Shown here in pieces: positions 1 to 8,977 of a DNA stretch of 64,000 nucleotides. This DNA comes from Acidimicrobiia bacterium (GTDB lineage: Bacteria > Actinomycetota > Acidimicrobiia > Spongiisociales > ZC4RG35), in NCBI GenBank assembly GCA_965215185.1, contig OZ244034.1:512001-576000 (forward strand), read 5' to 3'. Numbering within the stretch: position 1 is the stretch's first letter; the number at the start of each line of letters is the position of its first letter. The notes under the pieces are model-generated. The model worked only from the letters and a program-made list of their open reading frames with translations. It was not told the origin of the DNA and ran no database searches. The translations under genes and the position numbers were made by a program.

Positions 1-2
1 CG

Positions 3-694
3 TATGTCGCCGTCACCACCACCACAGCCGCGGTGGCGACCGACACTGTCACGACCACTACGTCTGCTCCAAGCGCCACGACAGCCGCCCCCACAACCAC
101 TAGGGCGGCAACTGCAACTACTGGGGCTCCTACTACTACCACGACGGCTGCCCCCACGACCACTACCCGACTACGACTGCTCCCACTACGACTACGACTG
201 CTCCCACTACGACTACGACTGCTCCCACTACGACTACGACTGCTCCCACGACCACCACGACCGAAGCTCACAATCGGCCTGCCGCTCCCGATTTCACCTT
301 GGAATTGGGTAACGGGGGGACATTTACTCTCTCTGCGGAGCCTCGTCCTGTTTTCATCGTGTTTTGGGCCGAGTGGTGACCGGCTTGTCAGCGGGAGTTG
401 CCCGTTATCGATGGTTTAGCCGCCGAGTACCAGGATCGGGTGGCGTTCGTGGCACCGGCCTGGAACGCCAACTTGAGACAAACGCGCCAGAGAGCCGATC
501 AGCTATTGCGTAGCGGGATAGTGATGTGGGGACTGGACGAGAGCCAGCGGATCTTTTCTGCCTTTAGAGTGCTTGGTCAACCGCAGACAGTCTTGATTGG
601 AGCCGACAAAACGATTGTCAACCATCTAAGAGGGGAACAGGGTCAATCAACCTTGAGGAACGCCATCGAAGAGCTGCTGGCGATTTCCGGGTAA
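3..694 (+). CDS. TlpA/thioredoxin-fold redoxin with Thr/Ala/Pro-rich linker; probable selenoprotein (UxxC). 5' end is outside the window; apparent 1-nt frameshift near 165-169
   Basis: Frame 2 from about 170 reads TTTAP repeats, then APDFTLELGNGGTFTLSAEPRPVFIVFWAEW[TGA 377-379]PACQRELPVIDGL, continuous with ORF 398..694 (…VLGQPQTVLI…). The Thr-rich part at 3-167 is in frame 3. Confidence 0.85.
170..253 (+). repeat. 21-bp tandem repeat ACTACGACTGCTCCCACTACG, about 4 copies (TTTAPTT)
   Basis: Units start at 170, 191, 212 and 233; the last is imperfect. Confidence 0.9.
378..416 (+). promoter_or_regulatory. Candidate bacterial SECIS hairpin
   Basis: AGCGGG (390-395) pairs with CCCGTT (401-406) around the loop AGUUG. 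The loop has G at position 2 and starts 16 nt after the UGA. A weak lower stem pairs 378-382 with 412-416. Confidence 0.6.
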
Positions 695-756
695 TCCCGT
701 CCCCGCCAAGTTTCTACCCAACGCGTTTGTCGATCTGACCGAGACATGATCGGGGT

Positions 757-2154
757 TTGATGAGACTCTGGGAATTGCTCCTGACAGGCGCATGCGTTCT
801 GGCCGTGTTGTGGCCGGCGCTGGAGGGTAGAAGACTGCGCCGAGGGGTTATGGCCGCGGTGCTCCTGGTCGTTCTCGGTCTTCAATTCCTAGTGGAAGGG
901 TTCCGTTGGCAATTGTGGGGTCTGTACGGCGTGGCGCTGGGAATGGTGTTGGGCGATGTGCTGGTGGGAGAGCGAGAATTGGTTTCGTATCAGCGTATTC
1001 GCAGGGTTGTACTGGGGCTGGTGGGAATCATCCTGGTGGTCGCTCCCGCCTGGGCTCTGCCGGTGGTGGAACTGCCTCCCCCCACCGGTCCCTATCAGAT
1101 CGCCACCGCCACCTTCGAGATTCGCAGTCCGGACCGCCTGGAGGTCTACGGCCCAAAACCGGGACAAGATCGTCGGCTGATGGCCCAGGTCTGGTACCCC
1201 GGCAGGGTCCCGGAAGGAGCCGAACTCCTGAGCCCATGGATAGCCGATCTGGAGGTGGTGGGGTCGGCTCTGTCGCAAACCATGGGCGTCCCCGGGTTCT
1301 TTCTGGACTACACCGCCTATACCTCCTCCCATAGCTATGAGCGAGCTGTCCCATATCAAGGGCAGATTCCGGTGGTCATCTATTCGCATGGCTGGCGGTT
1401 GTTTCGCAACTCGGCGCTGTACCAAATGGAATCACTGGCCAGCCACGGGTATCTGGTGATTGCTGTGGACCACACCTACGGGTCGGTGGCCACCGTTTTT
1501 CCAGATGGCGAAACCGCCCGGCTGGACCCCGAAGCTCTTCCCGATCCCGACGAGGTAGGAGACGAGGCTTTCGAGGAGGCGGCGGTACGGTTGTTGGAGA
1601 CTTACTCTGAGGATCTCCGCCTGATAATCAGGAGCCTGGAGCAGGGAACCAGTGGCCCCTTCGGATCGCTGGCCGCCATTGCCGATATGGACCGGTTGGG
1701 AATCTACGGTCATTCACTGGGGGGAGGAGCGGCTGTCCGAACCTGCCTGGTGGAGACCGTATGTGGGGTGGTGGCGGCGCTGGACGGTTGGGTGGAGCCC
1801 ATCGATTCTTCGGAACTCTCCGGAGAACTGAACATCCCTTCGATGTTCATCCGCTCCGACCCTTGGCGGGAGTTGGAAAACGATCAGGTGCTACGGGGAT
1901 TGGTGGAACGCAGCAACCGGCGAACCTATTGGATCGGCATACAGGACACTGTCCACAGCGATTTGACCATCGCCCCGGTGCTCACTCCTTTGGGTAGTCG
2001 GCTCGGACTAAGAGGGGCCATGCCCGCAGCCCAGGTGTTTGCGATCATCGACCGCTATTTGGTTTCCTTCTTCGATCGGCACTTGCTGGGAGTGGGCGGA
2101 CGAGATATAACTGAGGCGCCTCCACCGGGGGTCTTGTTCGAGTTGATCCCCTGA
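757..2154 (+). CDS. Membrane-anchored alpha/beta hydrolase (PAF-acetylhydrolase/esterase-like)
   Basis: N-terminal TM helices; PVVIYSHG, LASHGYLVIAVDHTYGS and GHSLGG nucleophile elbow. Confidence 0.85.
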   Translation: MMRLWELLLTGACVLAVLWPALEGRRLRRGVMAAVLLVVLGLQFLVEGFRWQLWGLYGVALGMVLGDVLVGERELVSYQRIRRVVLGLVGIILVVAPAWALPVVELPPPTGPYQIATATFEIRSPDRLEVYGPKPGQDRRLMAQVWYPGRVPEGAELLSPWIADLEVVGSALSQTMGVPGFFLDYTAYTSSHSYERAVPYQGQIPVVIYSHGWRLFRNSALYQMESLASHGYLVIAVDHTYGSVATVFPDGETARLDPEALPDPDEVGDEAFEEAAVRLLETYSEDLRLIIRSLEQGTSGPFGSLAAIADMDRLGIYGHSLGGGAAVRTCLVETVCGVVAALDGWVEPIDSSELSGELNIPSMFIRSDPWRELENDQVLRGLVERSNRRTYWIGIQDTVHSDLTIAPVLTPLGSRLGLRGAMPAAQVFAIIDRYLVSFFDRHLLGVGGRDITEAPPPGVLFELIP

Positions 2155-2176
2155 GGAGGCTGTCGGCGCTGCCCGG

Positions 2177-2737
2177 CTAGTTACCACCAAGGATCCGGTC
2201 GATCTCCCTGCCCAACATCAGAGCATTGGAAGGGCCGGCAATTCTCTGGGTGACCTTGCCGTCCGGCCCGATCACGTAGGTTTCAGGCACTCCGAACACC
2301 CCGAAAGAGATGGCGGCTCTGCTGTCAGGATCCGACAGATAGGCAACCCGAGGCGATACTCCCATCTCATTGAGGAAAGCGATGGCGTCATCGGTTCGAT
2401 CCTGGTAAGCGACTTGAATGAGGCGCACTCCCGAACCGAAGAAGGCATCGGCCACTGCCAGGAGGTCGGCGTGTTCCACCCGGCATTCCAGGCACCATGA
2501 GGCGAAGAAGTTGATCAACGTCACCTGCGCCTCCGGAGGCGGTATGGTTGTCTCGGCGGACCCGTCCAGAAGGGGAAGGGTCAAGACCGGAGCAGCAGCC
2601 CCGATCAGCGGAGAGGGGGAAGGCTGGGGGTCTCCTGAGAGGCGAGAAGCGAATACCCCGGCGATCACCGCGGTGGAGATCACGATCAGTGAAGCCAGAA
2701 TCAACCCGGCCCGGCCGCGACTTACTTTCATGAGCAT
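2177..2737 (-). CDS. ccmG: CcmG/DsbE-type thiol-disulfide oxidoreductase
   Basis: TM anchor, NFFASWCLEC, GVFGVPETY; last gene of the ccm operon. Confidence 0.8.
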   Translation of the reverse strand: MLMKVSRGRAGLILASLIVISTAVIAGVFASRLSGDPQPSPSPLIGAAAPVLTLPLLDGSAETTIPPPEAQVTLINFFASWCLECRVEHADLLAVADAFFGSGVRLIQVAYQDRTDDAIAFLNEMGVSPRVAYLSDPDSRAAISFGVFGVPETYVIGPDGKVTQRIAGPSNALMLGREIDRILGGN

Positions 2738-3519
2738 TCTTCCTCAGCTTGGGCGGCAGCCAATTCGGAGGCGACCGCGGTCTGAGTTGGCAGGGCTTCT
2801 ACCACTTTTTCCAACAGCGGAACGGCCAGACCGGGCTGGCCCGTCCCGCACCACAGCACTATGGCTTTGAAATACAGAACCTGGGGGTGATCGGGCGCCA
2901 CTCCCAGAGCGCGGTCCAGGGTTTCTATGGCCAGTTGAGCTTCTCCTGATCCCGCCCAGGCCATCCACCCCAAGTGGCCCAGGGCTTCCGCCTCCTCACC
3001 CGGGGTCGGATTACGTTCCAGCACTCCCCGGTATTCAGTGAAGGCCCCCGAGAAGTCCCCGGCCTGAAAGTAACGGGCGGCCAAGGCCAGACGCATCCCG
3101 TTTATCTGGGGGTGCTCGGCGTTGGCGGCGATGACCGCCTCCATGGTCTCGTTGGAATACTGCGAGGGATCGAAATCTTCGCCGTTGCCCACGGGCTGCT
3201 CATCTGGTTGGGTAAACCATTCCACCGTGACCACCAGCGTTAGGGCCGCGATTGCGAGCAGAGCGGCAATCACCGCCCTTCCCTGGGTCCAGAACGGTGT
3301 TGACTTTTGGTCCTCCTCGGTGGTCTCCGGGTTCCTCATGGCGGAGGAGGTTGTCTCGGACAGCCTCAGCCTGGCTCTTTCCATCTCTTCCAGGTACAGT
3401 TCACGCAGCCTCTGACCGGTATCGGGAGGGATTTCGTTCTCGTCCAGTTGCTGTTGCAGCTCTTCCAAGTCGCGGGCGGCTTGGGCAAGCCGGGCTTCCC
3501 ACTTTTCATACTCGTTCAC
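2728..3519 (-). CDS. TPR protein, CcmI/CycH-like
   Basis: N-terminal 'RDLEELQQQLDENEI…LRELY' segment, a TM helix and TPR-like helices; lies between ccmH and ccmG. Confidence 0.7.
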   Translation of the reverse strand: MNEYEKWEARLAQAARDLEELQQQLDENEIPPDTGQRLRELYLEEMERARLRLSETTSSAMRNPETTEEDQKSTPFWTQGRAVIAALLAIAALTLVVTVEWFTQPDEQPVGNGEDFDPSQYSNETMEAVIAANAEHPQINGMRLALAARYFQAGDFSGAFTEYRGVLERNPTPGEEAEALGHLGWMAWAGSGEAQLAIETLDRALGVAPDHPQVLYFKAIVLWCGTGQPGLAVPLLEKVVEALPTQTAVASELAAAQAEEECS

Positions 3520-3947
3520 GGCGACTCACCAGAATCTGCAGAGGAGGCGGGTCTTCTTAGACGGGAGAGGGCCAGGCCCACTCCCGTCAGCAAGGCCGCC
3601 AAGGGCAGGGCCCACAACAAGGCAGTGGTGGCGCTAAATGGGGGATCAAGCAACTGGGAGTTGGGGTAGGAGGCCATCAGCCGATCGAGGACCTGTTGCT
3701 CGGAGAGGCCCTGTGCCACCATCTCTCGCACATAGGCCATCATGTCGGCCGCATAGGAACTGGGCGACTCGGCGATTGATTCACCTTCGCACGCCGGGCA
3801 TCGTATCTGCTTGCCGATGTTTTCGGCGCGATCGGTCAGCGCCGGGTCAGCGTTGAGTAACGAAACCACCACGAATAAGCCGAGCGCGATGGTGATCAGG
3901 GGAGAGACCCAGCGGAGAGGGCGGGGCGTTTGCGACAGGTTAGACAC
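3516..3947 (-). CDS. ccmH: Cytochrome c biogenesis protein CcmH
   Basis: IRCPACEGESIAES motif; GTG start near the ccmF stop. Confidence 0.88.
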   Translation of the reverse strand: MSNLSQTPRPLRWVSPLITIALGLFVVVSLLNADPALTDRAENIGKQIRCPACEGESIAESPSSYAADMMAYVREMVAQGLSEQQVLDRLMASYPNSQLLDPPFSATTALLWALPLAALLTGVGLALSRLRRPASSADSGESP

Positions 3948-5997
3948 CTGCACGCGCCGTTTCCCTGGAGGACAGGGAGGATGATTTGCGGCGTCTTCTG
4001 CCCCGAAGGGAATACAGACCGCCAGCCGCACAGGTTAGCCCCCCCAACCACAGCACCCATTGCAAGGGAGCGGTGGCCACCCGCAAGGTGATGCCCTGTT
4101 GATCGATACGCGTCACGCTCAGATAGAGGTCTTCTTTCCAGGTACGGTGGATGCCGGGAGTGGCTATCGGCAATGCCAAGTTCTCAAATCGGCTAAGGGC
4201 CGGTTCCGCCCGTCCCCGTAATTCGTCGTTTCTCCAAATCTCCACGAGAGCGGAGCTTTCCAGTCGATTGGGGGTTCTGGCGGTGGACACGCCCGTATGG
4301 ACCAGTTCGTAGCCAGCGAATTCCACCCTATCTCCGGGCGCCATCTCCACCCGGTCGAGAGTCTGCCCCAGGTTCGAGGTGGCGGCGATTGCCACTGCCA
4401 CCAAAGCCACTCCGGCATGCGCCAACTGGCCGCCCCAATAGCCCCGATCAGATCTGATCACTCTTGCCACGGCGCTCCTGAGAGGGACGGTCCGCGCGGT
4501 TGCCACCCTTTGGGACTGCATCCAGAGACGGTTGCCCCCCACCGCCACCACCCAGGTGCCGGCTATCACGGCCAGCACCGCGTACCCCACCGAGGTGGTG
4601 GTGATGATCACCAGGGCTCCGGCCCCGAGCGCCAGTTGGAGAGGCAGACGAAGGCGAGGCCACACAACGCTGGGTCGGGCCACCCGCCAGGGCAGGGCGG
4701 GTCCCACACCCATCGCCAACAGCAGTGCAAAGCTGATCGGAACGGCCAAACGATCAAAGAAAGGCCGCCCAACTCCAACTTCGGAGCCGGTGAAGGCTTC
4801 CAGTACCAGCGGATAGAGGGTTCCCGTCAACACCACCAAGGCATAGACCGACAACAGCAGGTTGTTGACCAAAAAGCCTCCCTCCCGGCTGGAGAGCGAC
4901 TCCAGCCGAGGGGGTGAGGAGATCTGCGGGGAACGGACCGCAAACAAGACAAAAGATCCCACCACCACCACCACCAAAAAGCCCAGGAGCGCCGGGCCGA
5001 TAGGTGATTGGGTAAAGGAATGGACCGAGGCGATCACCCCCGATCGAGTCAGGAAGGTGCCCAGGATGGTCAGAGAGAAAGCTCCGATCACCAATACGAA
5101 ATTCCAAGCCTCCAACATTCCTCTTCGTTCTTGAACCAGGGAGGAGTGCAGGAAGGCGGTGGCCACCAACCAGGGCATGAAAGAGGCGTTTTCTACCGGA
5201 TCCCAGGCCCAAAACCCTCCCCAACCCAGCACCTCATAGGCCCACCAGGCGCCCAGGGTGATACCCGTAGTGAGAAACACCCAGCTCACTCTGGTCCACA
5301 GGCCGCTTCGGCGAAGCCACTGAGCACCCATCTGGCCAAGGGCCAAGGCTGAGATGCCGTAGGCAAACGGAACGGTCAACCCCACATAACCCAGATACAG
5401 CAGCGGGGGGTGGATGGCCATCAACAGATGGTTCTGCAGGAGCGGGTTTGGTCCCGCGCCATCTGCTGGACCCACGGCGGCAGAAAAGGGAAAGGGGCTG
5501 GAAGCGGCGCAGGAACGGGCGGCGGCCTCGACACACACTTCGAAGGGGTTGGCCACCGTTGCCATAAGTCCAAAGAAGAAGACCCCAACTGCCCCGATCA
5601 CCGCCAAGGCCCCCCAGTCGAGGGTGTCCGGTTCGGTCTTTCTGGTGGTTGCTCTTCGCCACACTGCGTAGGCGTAAGCGGCAAGTACCAGCCCCCACAA
5701 GACTATGGAGCCTTCCAGGGCCGCCCAGGCGGTGGCGATGTTAAAGGGAAACGGGGTGTAGCGAGAGTGGTGGTCGGCCACATAGGAGATGGTGAAGTCG
5801 TTGACCAACAGGGCAGTCTCCAAGATGACCATGGCGCCCAGAGCGGCGAAGACCATGCCATAAAGGGATCGTCGGATGGTGGCGGTGGAATGGGATGCAG
5901 ACGACCGGCTTCGAGCCGCCCGCCACGAGGTCACCGTCAGCCCGGCCGAGGCTGCCAACGCCCCCCACACCGCCAAGGTACCGGCGAGCGAAAGCAT
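3940..5997 (-). CDS. ccmF: Heme lyase CcmF
   Basis: WGGFWAWDPVENASFMPW, HPPLLYLGY, SVHSF. Confidence 0.95.
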   Translation of the reverse strand: MLSLAGTLAVWGALAASAGLTVTSWRAARSRSSASHSTATIRRSLYGMVFAALGAMVILETALLVNDFTISYVADHHSRYTPFPFNIATAWAALEGSIVLWGLVLAAYAYAVWRRATTRKTEPDTLDWGALAVIGAVGVFFFGLMATVANPFEVCVEAAARSCAASSPFPFSAAVGPADGAGPNPLLQNHLLMAIHPPLLYLGYVGLTVPFAYGISALALGQMGAQWLRRSGLWTRVSWVFLTTGITLGAWWAYEVLGWGGFWAWDPVENASFMPWLVATAFLHSSLVQERRGMLEAWNFVLVIGAFSLTILGTFLTRSGVIASVHSFTQSPIGPALLGFLVVVVVGSFVLFAVRSPQISSPPRLESLSSREGGFLVNNLLLSVYALVVLTGTLYPLVLEAFTGSEVGVGRPFFDRLAVPISFALLLAMGVGPALPWRVARPSVVWPRLRLPLQLALGAGALVIITTTSVGYAVLAVIAGTWVVAVGGNRLWMQSQRVATARTVPLRSAVARVIRSDRGYWGGQLAHAGVALVAVAIAATSNLGQTLDRVEMAPGDRVEFAGYELVHTGVSTARTPNRLESSALVEIWRNDELRGRAEPALSRFENLALPIATPGIHRTWKEDLYLSVTRIDQQGITLRVATAPLQWVLWLGGLTCAAGGLYSLRGRRRRKSSSLSSRETARAGV

Positions 5998-6407
5998 CAG
6001 GAGGAGGAGTTATCTGTGACTGACGGAGCCTGATAGTTCTCATCGTGGGAGATGAGAGCTCCATCGGCTCGGTAGTCATCACCCCGCCAGGCGCCGTCCA
6101 ATAGCACGTTGACGTCTTCGTCGAAGAGCAAAGGGGGAGTGTCGGTGAGAATCACCGGGATGGTGGAAGCGCCGTCGGTGATTTGGAATCGCAGCGGGTC
6201 GGCACCTTCCTGCAGGGAACCTTCAACCACGATTCCTGCCAGCCGGAAGCGTCGCCCGTCGGGGAAATCGGCCCGTTGGGCAACCGCTTCGCGAGGGGTT
6301 AGATAGTAGACAAGGTCACTTCCGATGTTTTGAAGCAGGAAAAACCCGGCTATGAGGATGGCCAGCCCTGCTGAGATCAGAAACGGCCAACGGCGTTGTT
6401 TCATCAC
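5997..6407 (-). CDS. ccmE: Heme chaperone CcmE
   Basis: LVYYLTP, RFRLAGIVVEGS, and HDENY (HxxxY heme motif). Confidence 0.9.
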   Translation of the reverse strand: MMKQRRWPFLISAGLAILIAGFFLLQNIGSDLVYYLTPREAVAQRADFPDGRRFRLAGIVVEGSLQEGADPLRFQITDGASTIPVILTDTPPLLFDEDVNVLLDGAWRGDDYRADGALISHDENYQAPSVTDNSSS

Positions 6408-6514
6408 TCTCGGGGGTCCGTTGCCCTCCGCCATCGCACCGCCAAGCGGAGGATGTAACCCGCCAGAATTACTCCCGTGGCCAGATAAGCCGCCCACACC
6501 CAGCCGATGCTCAA
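6404..6514 (-). CDS. ccmD: Heme exporter CcmD (36 aa, not in the ORF track)
   Basis: TTG start gives MSIGWVWAAYLATGVILAGYILRLAVRWRRATDPRE*. It has VWxAY plus a TM helix and basic tail, and overlaps the ccmC stop and ccmE start. Confidence 0.8.
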   Translation of the reverse strand: MSIGWVWAAYLATGVILAGYILRLAVRWRRATDPRE

Positions 6515-7215
6515 GCTTTTGCCTGTCCCAGTTGGGGAGCGGAGACCGGGCTATGGACGGTCAATTCCACAGTGCCAACTGCCTCTTCCAGGCGGGCGAG
6601 TTCCGTGCGGAAAGCCAGTAGCGTCACGTAGAGCAATGTGAAGGCTGCCAGGTTCACCAGCAGCGCCACGACCATTGCTCCTTCCATCTGGATACCGTCG
6701 GGGCGGATGGTCAGACCTTGATGGAGAGTGCGCCAGAGCTTCACCGAAAAATAGACGAGGGGGACCTGCACGACGGCCACCGCTCCCAACACCGCCGAGC
6801 GTCGCGCCCGCAGGTGTTGGTCGACAGTGGTGCGACGCAGGGCCAGGTAACCGATGTATACGAAGAACATCAGGGCGGTAGTGACCAGGCGGGCGTCGCC
6901 CCAGTCCCAGTAGGTGCCCCATACCGGCTTTCCCCAGATCATGCCGGTGGCCAGAGCCACCGCGGTGAACAGCACTCCCGTCTCGGCGGATGCCTCGGCC
7001 ACTCGATCCCAACTCATCCGCCTGAAAAACAGCCATCCGATGCTGGCCGCGGCTGTCACCCCGAAAGCCAGGAACGCAAGCCACGCCGAGGGAACATGGA
7101 TATAGAGGATGCGCACGAAATCGCCTTGGAAAGCATCGGGGGGCGAGGTGAAAGCAGTGACCAGTCCCCCTCCCAGAGCCGCGGCGGTCACTGTGACCAA
7201 CAGCCTCTTTTTCAC
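6511..7215 (-). CDS. ccmC: Heme exporter CcmC
   Basis: ILYIHVPSAW, WGKPVWGTYWDWGDARL, WRTLHQ; GTG start overlaps the ccmB stop. Confidence 0.93.
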   Translation of the reverse strand: MKKRLLVTVTAAALGGGLVTAFTSPPDAFQGDFVRILYIHVPSAWLAFLAFGVTAAASIGWLFFRRMSWDRVAEASAETGVLFTAVALATGMIWGKPVWGTYWDWGDARLVTTALMFFVYIGYLALRRTTVDQHLRARRSAVLGAVAVVQVPLVYFSVKLWRTLHQGLTIRPDGIQMEGAMVVALLVNLAAFTLLYVTLLAFRTELARLEEAVGTVELTVHSPVSAPQLGQAKA

Positions 7216-7886
7216 AGGGCGATTTCCTCCAGAGCCCGAGCCGACATGACTCCTGCGGCCGCCAGGCCAAGATCGGCGATAACCAACACCAGTACCCAAG
7301 CGATGATACTCCTGTCCGCAATCAAACTTTCCAGCGCCTGGGAAGCTCCCATTAGCAGGGGAGTGGCCAGCGGCGCCATCAGGAGGGGAGCGAGGCTGGT
7401 GCGGGCCCGCAGCCCGGTGGTCACATCCGCGGCTAGAGTGCCAAGCAGCGACAGTCCCACCGTGGCCAAGCCGATGACCGGCGCCATGAGCCATGCTCCG
7501 GTGGGCGCCCGGTAGTCGTAAAAGACGATCACCGGGATCAGCAGTGTTCCAGCCACTGTGGTCAGGATCAATGCGGAGGCGGCCGAACGGCCCGCGAAAC
7601 GGGCGGCCGGATCGAGGCCGGTGAGGGCCAGGACCCGTCGCTGGGTAGATGTCTCCAAAGCTGTCTGGCGGAAAACGATCATCATTCCAAACAGCAGGGT
7701 GATCAACCAGTACACAGGGGCGGCCAGATCACGAAGCAACATGGGAGATGCGTTCGTGGCCAGGGGCACCACCCAGGTGGCCACCACGGCGAAGGGAAAC
7801 ACCACTGAGTAGGCCTCGCCGCTTCTGACCTCAACCCGCAGGTCGCGGCAGGCGATGATTCTCGCTGACTTCCAGAACCCGGTCAT
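7212..7886 (-). CDS. ccmB: Heme exporter permease CcmB
   Basis: RDLRVEVRS N-terminus, about 6 TM helices, LAPLLMAPLATPLL. Confidence 0.85.
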   Translation of the reverse strand: MTGFWKSARIIACRDLRVEVRSGEAYSVVFPFAVVATWVVPLATNASPMLLRDLAAPVYWLITLLFGMMIVFRQTALETSTQRRVLALTGLDPAARFAGRSAASALILTTVAGTLLIPVIVFYDYRAPTGAWLMAPVIGLATVGLSLLGTLAADVTTGLRARTSLAPLLMAPLATPLLMGASQALESLIADRSIIAWVLVLVIADLGLAAAGVMSARALEEIAL

Positions 7887-8596
7887 GCAATTTGTCCATT
7901 CGAAATCTCCACCACTCGGTGCGTCCAAGACGACAGTCGGGCGGGATCGTGAGAGACGCACAGCGCTGCCCCTCCCCGGCTGGTGGTTGTTTGGATGAGA
8001 TGGTCGACGATCAAAGCCGCGTCTCGGTCCAGCCCGGCGTCGGGTTCGTCGAGCAGCAGGAGGCGGGGGGCGCCGATCAGCAGCCGGGCCAGGTCGGCTC
8101 GGCGTCTCATTCCGTTGGAGCAGCGTTCCGCTCGGATGCCCGTGGCGCCGGCCAAGCCCACCTTCTCCAGGGCCAGATGGCCCACCCCGGCGGGGTGTCC
8201 ACTCAACTGTGAGGTAAGGGCCAGATTTTCGCCGAGAGTCAGATCGGGATAGAGCGCCGGGAGATGTCCGGACCAGCCAATCTGCGAGCGCACCGCCGGA
8301 GTTTGGGAGGCGCCCAACGGAACCCCCAGCACGGTCCCCGAACCTGCGGTAGGAGCGATGAAGGTGGCTATCACAGCCAACAGCGTGGACTTGCCGGCGC
8401 CGTTCGGTCCGGCCACACCCAGCGACTCGCCGGGCTGGAGAGTGAGGTTGCAACGCGAAAGCACTCTGACGCCGCCCAAGGAAACGGAGAGATCAACCAA
8501 CTCGACCAGTGGGGCAACGGGGGACGGGGTTTGGGCAGCTGATAGGTGGGCCACTCGCTCTGAGTGTATGGGCTTTTGCTGTGCAGGCGCTCCCAT
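7883..8596 (-). CDS. ccmA: ABC ATPase CcmA (start uncertain)
   Basis: GPNGAGKST, SNGMRRR, LLLLDEP; first gene of the operon. Confidence 0.85.
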   Translation of the reverse strand: MGAPAQQKPIHSERVAHLSAAQTPSPVAPLVELVDLSVSLGGVRVLSRCNLTLQPGESLGVAGPNGAGKSTLLAVIATFIAPTAGSGTVLGVPLGASQTPAVRSQIGWSGHLPALYPDLTLGENLALTSQLSGHPAGVGHLALEKVGLAGATGIRAERCSNGMRRRADLARLLIGAPRLLLLDEPDAGLDRDAALIVDHLIQTTTSRGGAALCVSHDPARLSSWTHRVVEISNGQIA

Positions 8597-8794
8597 GCGA
8601 AATCTCCCTCTGTTCTCCGCTTGTCCTGCGGAGAACATCCCCGCTCTCTCCGTATCACTTACGACGAACAGAGACCGGAAATAACCGCTGCCGCGGATGC
8701 GCCTTAGGGCCGAGTGGTGATTGTGGGAGTGCGAGGGGAGGGCCAAGTCTGAAGTTTGCGGAGGGTCTATTTCAGCAATGCCAATCCCGAACAC

Positions 8795-8822
8795 TTGATC
8801 TGCACATTCCTGTGCAGATCAA
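8795..8822. repeat. Perfect 12-bp inverted repeat TTGATCTGCACA-ttcc-TGTGCAGATCAA
   Basis: Read directly in the intergenic region; function unknown. Confidence 0.7.
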
Positions 8823-8851
8823 CGGCCCAGGAAACACCACAAACGGGACCC

Positions 8852-8880
8852 TTGACACGGTATGTGAACCATGGTAAATT
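8852..8880 (+). promoter_or_regulatory. Sigma70-type promoter for the Gfo/Idh/MocA gene
   Basis: TTGACA, 17-nt spacer, TAAATT. Confidence 0.6.
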
Positions 8881-8977
8881 TGCGACTGATCGTCAGGATC
8901 AGGATAAGAAAAGGGTGTGATCGAATGACACAAATGGCCGCTCCAACATCATCTCTAAGCAAACGGCGGGGCGCACG

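Noticed and set aside
170-253. Possible CRISPR array
   Set aside because: Contiguous coding tandem repeat with no spacers; no cas genes in the window.
4-419. ORFs 4..312 (YDCSHYD repeats) and the C-terminal half of 33..419 (LRLLP repeats)
   Set aside because: They are alternative-frame readings of the TTTAP linker repeat; the thioredoxin-like protein is in frame 2.
8707-8720. 14-nt match GGGCCGAGTGGTGA identical to the Sec-codon context at 366-379
   Set aside because: The surrounding frame has no thioredoxin features, and some 14-mer matches are expected by chance in 64 kb.
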